Assembly (NCBI GenBank): GCA_965116025.1
Contig: OZ220480.1
Span: 1,248,001-1,312,000 of the forward strand
Source: an uncultured candidatus Porisulfidus sp.
GTDB lineage: Bacteria; Pseudomonadota; Gammaproteobacteria; Poriferisulfidales; Poriferisulfidaceae
Reading direction: 5' to 3'
Length of the DNA: 64,000 nt
Within the stretch, counting starts at the first letter, position 1; each line of letters starts with the position of its first letter. The notes beneath the pieces were generated by a model. That model was not told where the DNA came from. It was given only the letters and a program-made list of their open reading frames with translations, and searched no databases. Both the position numbers and the translations under genes were made by a program. Positions 9,574 to 20,723 of the stretch are shown here, in pieces.

Positions 9574-10905
9574 TCAGACGCTCGCGGCGACCGAATCGGC
9601 GATGGATCGCGCCAAGGCCTCGACTCTGCCTTGGTCTTCTCCCTCGACCATGACGCGCAGTACGGGCTCCGTTCCCGAAGGGCGCAGAAGCACTCGGCCG
9701 CGCTCGCCGAGCTCCGCGCGCGCGTTCCGCAGGGCCGTGTCCGTGGCGGGACCGGGCTCATGGTCGCGCGGGCACCGCACGTTGATCATGGTTTGCGGAT
9801 ACTTTCGCAGGTCCGCGCGGATCCGGCACAGAGGCTGATCGAGCGCGCGCGCGGCCTCCAGCGCTTGCAGAGCCGCGACCATCGCGTCGCCCGCGCGGGC
9901 CCGGTCGCGGCAGACGATGTGCCCGGACGTCTCTCCGCCAATCCACCAGTCGAGGGCGAGCAGGCGCTCCTGGACGTAGCGGTCGCCGACCGCGGCGCGC
10001 TCGAACGGGATGTCCAGGGCGGCGAGCGCCCGCTCCAGGCCCAGGTTGCTCATTTGGGTGCCGACCACGCCGCCGCGCAGGGCGCCGCGGGCCTTCCGAG
10101 CGCGGGCGATGACGTACAGCAGATCGTCGCCGTCCGCGATCTCTCCCTCCTCGTCGACCATGATCAGGCGGTCGGCGTCGCCGTCCACGGCCAGGCCGAG
10201 GTCGGCGCCGTGGCGGCGCGTCTGGTCGCGCAGAAACTCCGGGCAAGTCGCGCCGCATCCGTCGTTGATGTTCGTTCCGTCGGGCTCGACCCCAACCGCC
10301 GTCACGCGCGCGCCCAACTCCTCGAACAACCTCGGAGCGATCCGATAGGCGGCTCCATGCGCGCAGTCGACCACGAGGCGCAGGCCATCCAGACGGAAGC
10401 CTTCGGGCACGGTTCTCTTGCAGAAATCGAGGTAGCGGCGTCCGGCGTCGCCGATCCGGCGGGCCTTGCCGGGAAGCGACCGGGGGTCGATCTCCATCGG
10501 CCGTTCCAGCTCCGCCTCGACGCGCCGCTCGACCTCGTCGGGCAGCTTGTCGCCGTTCGCGTCGAACAGCTTGATGCCGTTGTCGTGATGCGGGTTGTGC
10601 GAGGCGCTGATGACGATGCCGGCGCAGGCTCCGAGGTCCCGCGTCAACAGAGCGACGGCGGGGGTTGGTTGCGGACCTAGCAGCAGGACGTTGACGCCGG
10701 CCGCGGACAGTCCGGCCTCCAGCGCCGATTCGAACATGTAGCCCGAGCGGCGGGTGTCCTTGCCGATCAAGATCCGCGGCGCGGCGGTCTCGCGCCCGAG
10801 CGCGCGCCCGATGGCCCAGCCCAGACGGAGCACGAAGTCCGGGGTCATCGGAGGGATCCCGACCCGACCGCGGACGCCGTCGGTTCCGAAATAGGCGCGG
10901 GACAT
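9574..10905 (-). CDS. glmM: Phosphoglucosamine mutase
   Basis: YFGTDGVRG, SASHNP, DGDADR, RPSGTEP. Confidence 0.97.
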   Translation of the reverse strand: MSRAYFGTDGVRGRVGIPPMTPDFVLRLGWAIGRALGRETAAPRILIGKDTRRSGYMFESALEAGLSAAGVNVLLLGPQPTPAVALLTRDLGACAGIVISASHNPHHDNGIKLFDANGDKLPDEVERRVEAELERPMEIDPRSLPGKARRIGDAGRRYLDFCKRTVPEGFRLDGLRLVVDCAHGAAYRIAPRLFEELGARVTAVGVEPDGTNINDGCGATCPEFLRDQTRRHGADLGLAVDGDADRLIMVDEEGEIADGDDLLYVIARARKARGALRGGVVGTQMSNLGLERALAALDIPFERAAVGDRYVQERLLALDWWIGGETSGHIVCRDRARAGDAMVAALQALEAARALDQPLCRIRADLRKYPQTMINVRCPRDHEPGPATDTALRNARAELGERGRVLLRPSGTEPVLRVMVEGEDQGRVEALARSIADSVAASV

Positions 10906-10927
10906 GCGCGGGAGAGCCGCGACGGGA

Positions 10928-12865
10928 TCAGTGCTGCTCGGCGGCGCCGCCGATCGGGGAATCCGAGTCGCTCTTCTTCTCTGGGGGTTCCGTGGGGGTC
11001 GAGGACGCGCCGGGGTCGCTGTCCGGCGGGGTGTCCTCCCAGTCCTGAGGCGGGCGGACCGGCTGGCCCGCCATGATGTCGTCGATCTGCTCGCCGTCGA
11101 TGGTCTCGTACTTGATCAGGGCGTCGGCCATGCTATGCAATTTGTCGAGATTTTCGGTCAGAATCTCGCGCGCGCGCCGGTAGTTCTGGTCTATGATCCG
11201 GCGCACCTCCTCATCGATCGCCCGGGCGGTTCGGTCGGACATGGTCTTGTGCTGGGTCACGGAGTGCCCGAGGAACACCTCGCCGGCCTCCTCGCTGTAG
11301 GCCAGCGGCCCCAGCTTCTCGGACAGTCCCCATTTGGTGACCATGCTGCGGGCCAGCTCGGTGGCGCGCTCGATGTCGTTCTGCGCTCCGGTGGTGACCT
11401 TCTCCTCGCCGAAGATGATCTCCTCGGCCATGCGCCCGCCATACAGGGTGCAGATCTGGCTTTCGATGCGCTGCCGGGTGTTGCTGTAGCGGTCGTCCTC
11501 AGGCAGAAACATGGTCACGCCGAGGGCCCGCCCGCGCGGGATGATGGTGACCTTGTGCACCGGGTCGTGCTCGGGGACGGCGCGCCCGATGATCGCGTGG
11601 CCGGACTCGTGGTAGGCGGTCAGGCGCTTCTCCTCCTCGCTCATCACCATGGAGCGGCGCTCCGAGCCCATCATGATCTTGTCCTTGGCGTGCTCGAAGT
11701 CCTGCATGTCCACTTCTTTCTTGTTGTGGCGCGCCGCGTACAGGGCCGCCTCGTTAACCAGGTTCGCGAGATCGGCGCCGGAGAACCCCGGGGTTCCGCG
11801 GGCGATCACCTTCACCTTGACGTTCGATGTGGTCGGCACTTTGGCCATATGCACCTGGAGGATCTGCCCGCGTCCCCGAATGTCCGGCAACGGCACGACC
11901 ACTTGGCGATCGAAGCGCCCGGGGCGGAGCAGGGCCGGGTCCAGCACGTCGGGGCGGTTCGTGGCGGCGATGACGATAGTGCCCTCGTTGCCTTCGAAGC
12001 CGTCCATCTCCACCAGCAACTGGTTGAGCGTTTGCTCCCGCTCGTCGTGGCCGCCGCCGAGCCCGGCGCCGCGGTGGCGACCGACCGCGTCGATCTCGTC
12101 GATGAAGATGATGCTCGGTCCGTGCTTCTTGGCCTGGGTGAACATGTCGCGCACGCGCGACGCGCCGACCCCGACGAACATCTCGACGAAGTCGGAGCCG
12201 GAGATGCTGAAGAACGGCACCTTGGCCTCGCCGGCGATCGCCTTGGCCAGCAGGGTCTTGCCGGTCCCCGGCGAGCCGACCATCAGCACGCCGCGCGGGA
12301 TCTTGCCGCCGAGCTTCTGGAACTTCTCGGGGTCGCGCAGGAAGTCGACCAGCTCCTTGACCTCCTCCTTGGCCTCCTCGATGCCCGCGACGTCCTTGAA
12401 CGTGACCTTGTTCTCGTCCTCGGACATCAGGCGCGCCCGGCTCTTGCCGAACGACAGCGCGCCGCGACCTTGTCCGCCGCCCTGCATCTGCCGCATGAAG
12501 AAGATCCATACCCCGATCAGGAGCAGGAGCGGGAACCAGTGGATCAGGATCTCAAGAAAAAGCGATGGCTTCTCGCGCGGAATGCCGGTGACCTCGACGT
12601 TGTTCGCCAGCAGGTCGTCCATCAGCCTGGGATCCTGCAGGGCGGTAGTGGCGAACTCGCGGCCGTCAAGGAGCTCGCCGGTGATGGAGCGCTCGTCCGG
12701 ATCGATGTTGACGGAGCGGACCTGTCCAGACTTGACGCTGGCGATGAATTCGGAGTAGGCCAGCGAGGACGGCTTCTGCGAGACCGGAGCGAGGTTGTTG
12801 AACACCGACATGAGGACCGCGGCGATCGCGATCCACAGAATCAGGTTCTTCATCATGTTGCTCAT
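10928..12865 (-). CDS. ftsH: ATP-dependent zinc metalloprotease FtsH
   Basis: KNLILW N-terminus, [22 protein letters not shown] zinc motif; start ATG 12865. Confidence 0.98.
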   Translation of the reverse strand: MSNMMKNLILWIAIAAVLMSVFNNLAPVSQKPSSLAYSEFIASVKSGQVRSVNIDPDERSITGELLDGREFATTALQDPRLMDDLLANNVEVTGIPREKPSLFLEILIHWFPLLLLIGVWIFFMRQMQGGGQGRGALSFGKSRARLMSEDENKVTFKDVAGIEEAKEEVKELVDFLRDPEKFQKLGGKIPRGVLMVGSPGTGKTLLAKAIAGEAKVPFFSISGSDFVEMFVGVGASRVRDMFTQAKKHGPSIIFIDEIDAVGRHRGAGLGGGHDEREQTLNQLLVEMDGFEGNEGTIVIAATNRPDVLDPALLRPGRFDRQVVVPLPDIRGRGQILQVHMAKVPTTSNVKVKVIARGTPGFSGADLANLVNEAALYAARHNKKEVDMQDFEHAKDKIMMGSERRSMVMSEEEKRLTAYHESGHAIIGRAVPEHDPVHKVTIIPRGRALGVTMFLPEDDRYSNTRQRIESQICTLYGGRMAEEIIFGEEKVTTGAQNDIERATELARSMVTKWGLSEKLGPLAYSEEAGEVFLGHSVTQHKTMSDRTARAIDEEVRRIIDQNYRRAREILTENLDKLHSMADALIKYETIDGEQIDDIMAGQPVRPPQDWEDTPPDSDPGASSTPTEPPEKKSDSDSPIGGAAEQH

Positions 12866-13031
12866 GCGCGCGCGCTCCGCGAGTCCAAGTCCGCCCAAGC
12901 GCTAGGATAGCAGATACCGCGCGCGGCGGCGAGGCTCGCGCCCCTCATAATAACGGATATGGGGGAGAGGGCGAGGAGTTCCAAGCCTGCCGCGAGCTTC
13001 CGCGAGATTTGGGAGCGCGCCGGCGTGGGTT

Positions 13032-13080
13032 TATAATGCCCGTCTATCTGAACGCTAGGACCTATCCCGTATAGGAGGAG
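13032..13080 (+). promoter_or_regulatory. Putative sigma70 -10 box and strong RBS of autotransporter 1
   Basis: TATAAT at 13032-13037; AGGAGGAG at 13073-13080, 4 nt before ATG 13085. Confidence 0.55.
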
Positions 13081-13084
13081 AATA

Positions 13085-16000
13085 ATGACCAAGAACCTTT
13101 CCGTTTTCGAGATTCGCGCCGCGCTTCGCGTCGCCTCGTCGTCTTCCCGCCTAGGGGGGGGGGGGGGGGGGGCATAGCCTCCGTTTCCTGACCGTTCTGG
13201 CCGGATTCACGGCCTTTCTCGCGGTTCCGCACTCCGCCGTCGCGGTGAACGAGTGCGGCGCTACCAGCCCGGTCACCTGCGGCGACGCGAGCTACGGCGG
13301 CAGCAGCGCCACTCCCACTCCCATCGAGTACACGGGTGAGACGGGGGGCCTGACGCTGACCGTGAGGCCTTCGGGAGAGATGACGACCATCAAGTCGTTC
13401 CTTCCTCCCGAGAATCCCGCCACCTCTCCCACCGATATCACCCAGGGCCGGAATTCCGGGATCGCCGTGATCGGCGCCGGGGCGCTGACGGTCCATCTGG
13501 AAAGCAAGGTGCGGATCGTGAACGAGGCCGGTGGGTGGGCTTCGCCCGTCCAGGCCACGTATACCACTGCTGGGCTCAGAGGGACCTTCATTGATCCCGA
13601 GTATGCTCGGGGTAGCAGAAACTACGGGATCTATGTCGGGAACGACCAAGCCGGCGACGCCAACAGAGCGGACAAGATCGAGATCGTGGTCGGGACCGAG
13701 ACAATGATCGGCGCTGATGACGCGCCCGTGGGGCTTTATGGCGTGATGGCGGAATACAGCCAAGATTCCGCTGATGGCGACGTGTCCATCGTGAACCGGG
13801 GCGAGATCTACGGGTACTACCGGGGAATCCACGTGCTTCATAAAGGCTCTGGAGACATCGCCGTCGAGACGGCGAAGGGCAGCGTGACCAGCAAGGGAAT
13901 CAATGTCCGCAACAGATCCGGGAAAGCGGGCGACATCACCATCACGAACCACGGGACGCTCACGAGCCTGAGGCAGTGGCCTCGCTACGCGAGCGCGATC
14001 TCGAGCGGGGTGGCCACGCTCCTTGATAATGACACGATTTTAGCTAGCGGCAACGACTTCACCCAAGACGGCATAAACGTCAACCATGAGGTCACGACCG
14101 CGCCGGCTTCCGGCGAGGATTCCAGCAGCGTGATCACGATCACCTCGAGCGGCGACATCACCGCCCTCAAGCATGCCATGGCCATCAGCACGTGGGGGAG
14201 CGACGATGCTTCGATCGTTCCGGTGATGATCGACGTGACGGGGGGCGTCCTCACGGCGGGCGATCGGAAAAAGACGCGTTATGGAGATGGGGTTTACGTT
14301 TATTCCGTCTACCACAAAGGCGGGCTCATCAAGGTGGACTTCGCCGGTGAGGTCGCCTGGACGGGGAGCGACGGGAAGGGGATCTACGTCTACCGATTCA
14401 GTTCGCCCGATCCCGATCCCGACGACCCGGTCAATCGGGACGTCGAGGTGACGCTGAAATCCGGCGCGCGGATTGGCGTGGACGGGGATGAGCCGACCAT
14501 AGCCAGGCACGGCGTCGAGATTAAGCAGGTCACCAGCGGGGGGACGATAAAGGTAGGCATCTCCGAGGGGGCGAGGATCGGGACCACGGAGACTCCGGTC
14601 GGCGGGTACGGCGCGTTCGCCCAGACCCTCAACTCTGATGACGGGAACGACATGACGATCACCAACGAGGGCTTCGTTCACGCGAGAGGCTCCGGACTGG
14701 TCGCTTGGAACTATGGCTGGGGAAACGCGGTGGTGAAGCACTTGGCGGGTAAGATCGTCGCGGGCGACGCGCCCAACCCGTTCGACGATCTGTTGGATGA
14801 TCACAAGACGGAGCTGGCGGACCTGAAGCCGCGGACGGCCGGCGTCTTCGCTTTCCACGGAGGCTCGAGACCCAAGACGCGCGATGGCGAGACGTTCGAC
14901 GGCAACGACCCCTCCACCTACGATGCCGAGATCGGGGAGATCGAGATCGAGTCGAAAGCGGACATCACGTCGAAGGGGGACGGGATTCTGGCCTACGTGA
15001 AGGACATGCAGGACACTCCGGGGCAGAGTCACGGCGCCGAGATGATCATCCCGATCACGATCAACGCGTCGGGCGGGATGATCACGGCGGACGGGCATGG
15101 GGTGCACGCGGAGACCGCCACCGTCTACGAGGACGAGGACGCGCCGAAAGCCGGGAAGATCAAGGTCACGGTGGGGGAGATGGCGACGATCCGAGCCAAG
15201 AAGGACGGCGTTCACGTCAAGGGCAAGCGGACGTTCGCCGCCAGCCACGCCCGGGCGGGGCAATACGACCAGACGGTCACGATCAACGGCAAGGTGTTGG
15301 GTGGCGACGGAGATTACGCCGGCGTTCGGATGGTGAAGGGCGGAACGCTGGTGGTCGGGCCGAAGGCGAAGGTGGAGGCTGCATCTGGAACCGCGGTGAA
15401 GTCGGACGGGGGGCTGACCATCACCATGAAGAAGGACGCGGTCGGACGCATTGGCTACGTCAAGGGGAAGATGCTCAACAGCGGAACGACGACTTTCGCG
15501 GGGGTGAAGGTGGACGGGGAATACATGCTCAGCCCGGGTCTCGAGACGCGCGGCGTGTACGACGTCTCCAGGGTCACCCTGAAGACGATCGAGGGCGGGC
15601 ACCAGTTCGAGGAATCGGGGCGGGCGTACCATGATCGGGCTCGAGTGTACGAGGCGTTGCCGTCGGTGCTGCTGGAGATGAGCGCTCCGGGCGGTCGTCA
15701 GGCGCGGCTGTCGGCGACGCGTGACGGCGGAGGGGTTTGGGCGCGAGTCATGGCGAGCGATGGCGAGCGCGAGGCGGAGACGTCCACGACGGCGATGGAC
15801 ACGACCGGACATGATTTGTCTTGGGACTTCGAGCGCTGGGGCGTGGAGACGGGCATCGTCGTTCCCACGGACCTGCCGGGCGTGACGCTGGGCGCGAGCG
15901 CGCATTACCGGGATGGCGAGGCGGACGTCAAGCGTGGCGGGAAGATCGATGTCTCGGGCGTGGGCGTCGGGGCTTCGGCGACTTGGCGAGGAGAGGACGG

Positions 16001-16532
16001 CTGGCACGCGGACGGGGAGCTCTCGTACACGCGTTTCGAGGACATTGACTTAAGTTCGGATGCGCGCGGGATGGTGGCGTCCGGTCTGGACGGAGACGGC
16101 CACGCGATCGGCGTGGAGGTCGGCAAGCGAATGGAGATGGACGGCATGACGGTGATCCCTCGTGGTGGGTTGACCTGGTCGTCGGTGGACATTGATGGCT
16201 TCGCCGACGTGTCGGGCGTTATGGGCAGCGGTCGGGTGGAGTCCAGTTCGGAGGACAGCCTCAAGGCGCGGGTCGGGGCGTTGCTGGAGAACGGCCAGAC
16301 GTACGCCTCATTGGACGTGGAGCATGAGCTCTCGGAGGATCGGGAGGTCATGGCGTCGGGAGAGCGCCTGCGCTCGGAGGCGGAATCGACGTGGGCGCGT
16401 TTGGGCGTCGGGGGCGTGATGGTCCTGGACGCGAAGGGGGAGTCGACGCTATCGGCGGACGCGCACTACGCGGCGTCGGGTGGCGATAATCACGATTATG
16501 GCGCGAGCGTCCTGCTGAAGGTTCGCTTCTGA
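13085..16532 (+). CDS. Autotransporter (type Va) surface protein 1, frameshifted at a poly-G tract
   Basis: ATG 13085 with RBS; 23 codons, G19, then HSLRFLTVLAGFTAFLAVPHSAVA signal-peptide end in frame with ORF 13245..16532; Gly/Thr/Val-rich beta-helix-like passenger; barrel ending LKVRF. Confidence 0.85.
13154..13172 (+). repeat. G19 homopolymer in the signal-peptide coding region
   Basis: Direct count of 19 G; out of frame, giving GCA TAG immediately after. Confidence 0.9.
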
Positions 16533-16544
16533 TCGGCAAGTGAT

Positions 16545-16575
16545 CGCGGCCCCGGCGTTTCAAGCCGGGGCCGCG
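16545..16575 (+). terminator. GC-rich hairpin after autotransporter 1
   Basis: 12-bp stem CGCGGCCCCGGC / GCCGGGGCCGCG with GTTTCAA loop; no U-tract on + strand. Confidence 0.6.
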
Positions 16576-16673
16576 TCAAAACCGGCGCGGCTCGCGAAAT
16601 AGTCGCCTCCGGGCGGCCAGCAAGCGGGCGCTCATATGGGCGAATCCTATAATCTCCCGCGGGAGACAGTCCG

Positions 16674-17399
16674 ATGAGTCCGTTCACCCTGTTCGTGTCC
16701 GACCTGCACCTCGATGCCGCCCGCCCGGCTCTGGTGCGGGAGTTCGTCCGATTCCTCCGAAGCGAGGCGCACCGGGCGGAGGCCCTGTATATTCTCGGCG
16801 ATCTGTTCGAGTTCTGGATTGGCGACGACGATCCGGTCGAAGGCCTGGACGAGGTCATCGACGCCTTGCGGGAGTTGCGCGCGCGGGGGGTCGCGGCGCG
16901 GTTCCAGCATGGAAACCGGGACTTTCTTCTAGGGGAGCGTTTCGCTCGACGCGCCGGGATCGAGATTCTGCCGGAGCGCCAAGTCATCGACCTGCATGGT
17001 CGGGCGACCTTGATCGAGCATGGCGATTTGCTGTGCACCGACGACCGGGCCTATCAGCGCTATCGCCGCCGCATTCGTCATCCGATCAGCCGAGCGTTGC
17101 TCAGCCGATTGCCGCGCTCGCTTCGACTGATGATGGGCCAGCGTTTGCGTCGAGCCAGCGCGGAGGCGGTGGCCGGAAAGCCACCGGAGATCATGGACGT
17201 GAGCGAGGCGACGGTCCGCGCGGTTCTGCGCTCGACCGGGACGCGCGCGATGATTCACGGTCATACGCACCGCCCCGCCGTTCACCGCTTCGACCTGGAC
17301 GGAAAGCCCGCCGTGCGGGCCGTGCTGGGGGACTGGTATGAGCGGGGCAGCTGGCTTGTGGCGGACCGCGACGGGTTCCATCCGCGCGAGGCGGCTTGA
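16674..17399 (+). CDS. lpxH: UDP-2,3-diacylglucosamine hydrolase
   Basis: SDLHL, GDLFEFWIGDD, GNRDFL, HGDLLCTDD, HGHTHRP, LGDW. Confidence 0.95.
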   Translation: MSPFTLFVSDLHLDAARPALVREFVRFLRSEAHRAEALYILGDLFEFWIGDDDPVEGLDEVIDALRELRARGVAARFQHGNRDFLLGERFARRAGIEILPERQVIDLHGRATLIEHGDLLCTDDRAYQRYRRRIRHPISRALLSRLPRSLRLMMGQRLRRASAEAVAGKPPEIMDVSEATVRAVLRSTGTRAMIHGHTHRPAVHRFDLDGKPAVRAVLGDWYERGSWLVADRDGFHPREAA

Positions 17400-17409
17400 G
17401 CGGGAGAGG

Positions 17410-18651
17410 TCAGCCAGCGCGGTCTCCGTCGTCCTTGAGCGCGAGAACCAGGTCCATGACGTTGGTGCCGGTCGGCCCGGTGGTGATGAGCGCGTCCACA
17501 GCGGCTAGGTAGCTTCCCGCGTCGGCGCGCGCGAGCGAGCTCCGGGCGTCCAGGCCGAGCGCGCTCCCGCGCTCTAGAGTCTTCCCGTCGACTTCCCCTC
17601 CGGCATCCTCGGTCGGGCCATCCGTGCCATCCGTGCCGCAGGCGAGCAAGCGAACGCCCTCGAAGCCGTCCAGCCGCGTCGCCGCCGCCAAGGCGAGGTG
17701 CTGGTTGCGTCCACCTCGCCCCGGGTTTTCGGGCAAGAGGACGGTGGTCTCGCCGCCCCAGACGTGCAGGCCCGCGGGCGTGTCGCTCCGCTTCAGTCGC
17801 TCGGCCAGCGCGATCCCGATTTTCTCCGCCTCTCCGTCCAGAAATTCCGGGTGCATGCGCGCGGTCAGTCCGAGCTCTTCGGCCCGTCGTGCCGCCGCTT
17901 CTTTCGCGTGGTCCAGAGTGGCGATGATATGGGAGCGCAGGTTTCGAAACGCCTCTGGGGGCGGCGTCGGCGCGCGTCCGGCTTTCTCGATTAACTTACG
18001 GGTCTCCTCGGACAGGGACGCGGGCAGGGTCTCGTCGGGCGCCGGGGTTAGCGGGCCGGACCCGATCACCGCGGGGTCGTCGCCGGGCACGTCCGAGATC
18101 ATCAGGGCGCAGGTCTGGCGCCCTTCCAGATAATGAGCGAGGCGGCCACCCTTGACGAGGGACACGGCGCGGCGCGCCGCGTTCATCTCGGTAATGGTCA
18201 GTCCCTCAGCCAGCATTCGCTCGGTGATCTCGCTCAAGCCGCGCAGGTCCAGGTTGGGCGCCAACGCTTCGACCAGGCTGGATGCGCCGCCCGAGATCAG
18301 CGCGAGAAAGCGGGCGTCCGCCGGCGCCTCGCCCAGAAAATCCAGCAGTCCGCGGCCAGCCCGGAGGCTCGCCTCTCCGGGAACCGGATGGTCCGACTCG
18401 ACGCGCTCGATCTGCGGGAACCCTTTCAACTCGTCACCCAGGTGGCCGCGCTTGGTGATGACCAGGCCGCGCCGGGGCGCTGGCCGGACGCGCAACGCCC
18501 CGAGCGTCATCGCCGAGGCCGCCTTTCCGAACGCGATCAGATGGTCGTACTCGACTTCCCGGTGACTCTCGAGCCATCGGGCCACGGCCTTGGCCCCGCT
18601 CACCCGGGCTAAAGCGGCTTCCAGAACGTCGCGGAGCGGGTGAGCGCTCAT
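17410..18651 (-). CDS. Glycerate 2-kinase, MOFRL/TtuD family
   Basis: GKAA, LISGGASSL, SDVPGDD...IGSGP, GGETTV, GGRNQ, GTDGTDGPT, TGTNVMD; start ATG 18651. Confidence 0.9.
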   Translation of the reverse strand: MSAHPLRDVLEAALARVSGAKAVARWLESHREVEYDHLIAFGKAASAMTLGALRVRPAPRRGLVITKRGHLGDELKGFPQIERVESDHPVPGEASLRAGRGLLDFLGEAPADARFLALISGGASSLVEALAPNLDLRGLSEITERMLAEGLTITEMNAARRAVSLVKGGRLAHYLEGRQTCALMISDVPGDDPAVIGSGPLTPAPDETLPASLSEETRKLIEKAGRAPTPPPEAFRNLRSHIIATLDHAKEAAARRAEELGLTARMHPEFLDGEAEKIGIALAERLKRSDTPAGLHVWGGETTVLLPENPGRGGRNQHLALAAATRLDGFEGVRLLACGTDGTDGPTEDAGGEVDGKTLERGSALGLDARSSLARADAGSYLAAVDALITTGPTGTNVMDLVLALKDDGDRAG

Positions 18652-19220
18652 GGCAGGATCAGCACCATGGTGCCGACGGAGACCTGATCGAATAGCTCGA
18701 CCACGTCGTCTCCTCGCATGCGCACGCAACCGATCGAGGCGGGCTGGCCGATCAACCCTTCCTCGTGAGTCCCGTGTATATAGATGTAACGGCGGTAGGA
18801 GTCCGTGCTCCCGCCTTGGTTGACGCCAGGCTCGAGTCCGTCCAGCCACAGGATCCGGGTCGTGACGCGATCCAGTCCGGTCGCGCGCGGCTTGGTCTCG
18901 ACTTCGGCCCGCTCCGCTTGCGCGATCCGGCCTCGGAAGATGGTGTGCAGGGCGGAGCCGTCGCCGATACGCTCCGCGATCCGGTGCGCTCCGGGTGGCG
19001 TCTTTCCGCTACCTTCCTGTCCCCCGACGCCGTGGCGGGAAGTCGAGACGGGCCAGGACTGGCGCGGCCGGCCTTCTCCGAGCAGGTGCAGGGATTGCCT
19101 TGGAACGCTGATCAGGCACATCGGGGGGTAGGGACACCGCGGGAAGCGCGCGCGCGCGGTGGCGGCCCGCGCCAGGTCTTCGGGCGTGGGGAAGGCTTCG
19201 GGAGATGGGCCCGGACGCAC
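18648..19220 (-). CDS. YkuD-family L,D-transpeptidase
   Basis: KTPPG, YIYIHGT...ASIGCVRM catalytic His/Cys motif. Confidence 0.85.
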   Translation of the reverse strand: MRPGPSPEAFPTPEDLARAATARARFPRCPYPPMCLISVPRQSLHLLGEGRPRQSWPVSTSRHGVGGQEGSGKTPPGAHRIAERIGDGSALHTIFRGRIAQAERAEVETKPRATGLDRVTTRILWLDGLEPGVNQGGSTDSYRRYIYIHGTHEEGLIGQPASIGCVRMRGDDVVELFDQVSVGTMVLILP

Positions 19221-19224
19221 GGAA

Positions 19225-20718
19225 TCAGGCGGCCTGATTCCGGGATCCAGAGACGCGGGGGGCGGTCTTGGCGTGGCGGCGCTGGGCCAGCTCGTCGAGA
19301 TATCCGTCCGGCATGCCGGTCACGTAGTCGCCGGTGAACACGGAGCAGTCGAAGTCTCGCAGATCCGGGTTTCCGTCCTGAACGGCGGCGATGAGGTCCG
19401 CTAGATCTTGGTAGATCAAGCGGTCGGCGCCGATGGCCTCGCACACTTCCGGGATATCGCGGTCGTGCGCGATCAGCTCCTCGCAGCTGGGCATGTCGAT
19501 GCCGTAGACGTTGGGATGGCGGATGGGTGGCGAGGCGGAGCAGAAATAGACCTTTCGGGCTCCGGCGTCCCGCGCCATCCGCACGATCTCGCGCGAGGTC
19601 GTGCCGCGCACGATAGAGTCGTCGACCAGCAGCACGTTGGCTCCTTCGTATTCGTTGCGGATCGGATTGAGCTTGCGCCGCACGGACTGGCGGCGGACTC
19701 GCGCCTCGGGCATGATGAACGTGCGCCCGATGTAGCGATTCTTGATGAAGCCCTCGCGGTAGGGTCGGTTCAGTCGGTAGGCCATCTCCAGCGCCGCGGT
19801 GCGGCTGGTGTCGGGGATCGGGATGACCACGTCGATATCGTGGTCCGGCCATTCGCGCAGGATCTTGTTCGCCAGGCGCTTGCCCATGCGCATTCGCGAG
19901 CGTTGCACCGACACCCCGTTCATCACCGAGTCCGGTCGAGCGAAGTAGACGTACTCGAAGATGCACGGCGAGCGGGTCTCGCGGCCGCAGATCTCGCTAT
20001 GCACGGATCCGTCCAAGCCGATGAGCAGGGCCTCGCCCGGCTCAAGCTCGCGCTCCAGGGTGAAGCCCAGCATGTCCATCGCCACGCTCTCCGACGCGAC
20101 GATGCGCTCCGGTCCCTCTCCAGTGTCTCGAACGCCGTACGCCAGCGGGCGGATCCCGTGCGGGTCACGGAACGCCAGCACGCCCCAGTCCGCGATCAGG
20201 CATACCGCCGCGTACGCGCCGACGCAACGCTGGTTGACTCCGCGCACGGCCTGGAACAGTTCCCGGGGGTCGCGCGCGTCGGACTCGGGGCGCGCCAGCA
20301 GCTCGTGCGCGAGGACATTGAGCAGGATCTCGGAGTCGGACTCGGTGTTGATGTGGCGCCGGTCCTCGCGGAACAGCTCCCGGCGCAACGCCTCGGCGTT
20401 CACCAGGTTTCCGTTGTGTCCGAGCGCGATGCCGTATGGAGAGTTGACGTACAGAGGTTGGGCCTCCTCGGACTTCTCGGTGCCGGCGGTGGGGTAGCGC
20501 AGGTGACCGATGCCGGCCTCGCCGCGCAGGCGCGCCAGTCGCTTGCCGCGAAACACGTCGCGCACCAGGCCATTGCCCCGCACCTGGTGCAATCGTCCCT
20601 CGCGGTCGCAGGTGGTCAGTCCTGCCGCGTCCTGCCCCCGGTGCTGCAGCACGTTCAGCCCCTCGTGCAGGTCCTGCGCGACGGGTCCACGCCCCACGAT
20701 GCCGATCAAGCCGCACAC
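19225..20718 (-). CDS. purF: Amidophosphoribosyltransferase
   Basis: GTG start then CGLIG (N-terminal Cys), QHRGQDAAG, VDDSIVRGTT. Confidence 0.97.
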   Translation of the reverse strand: MCGLIGIVGRGPVAQDLHEGLNVLQHRGQDAAGLTTCDREGRLHQVRGNGLVRDVFRGKRLARLRGEAGIGHLRYPTAGTEKSEEAQPLYVNSPYGIALGHNGNLVNAEALRRELFREDRRHINTESDSEILLNVLAHELLARPESDARDPRELFQAVRGVNQRCVGAYAAVCLIADWGVLAFRDPHGIRPLAYGVRDTGEGPERIVASESVAMDMLGFTLERELEPGEALLIGLDGSVHSEICGRETRSPCIFEYVYFARPDSVMNGVSVQRSRMRMGKRLANKILREWPDHDIDVVIPIPDTSRTAALEMAYRLNRPYREGFIKNRYIGRTFIMPEARVRRQSVRRKLNPIRNEYEGANVLLVDDSIVRGTTSREIVRMARDAGARKVYFCSASPPIRHPNVYGIDMPSCEELIAHDRDIPEVCEAIGADRLIYQDLADLIAAVQDGNPDLRDFDCSVFTGDYVTGMPDGYLDELAQRRHAKTAPRVSGSRNQAA

Positions 20719-20723
20719 GACCG

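Noticed and set aside
13154-13172. Poly-G as a pure sequencing artefact
   Set aside because: The run occurs at the same codon position in two homologous loci with different lengths; only the exact length is uncertain.
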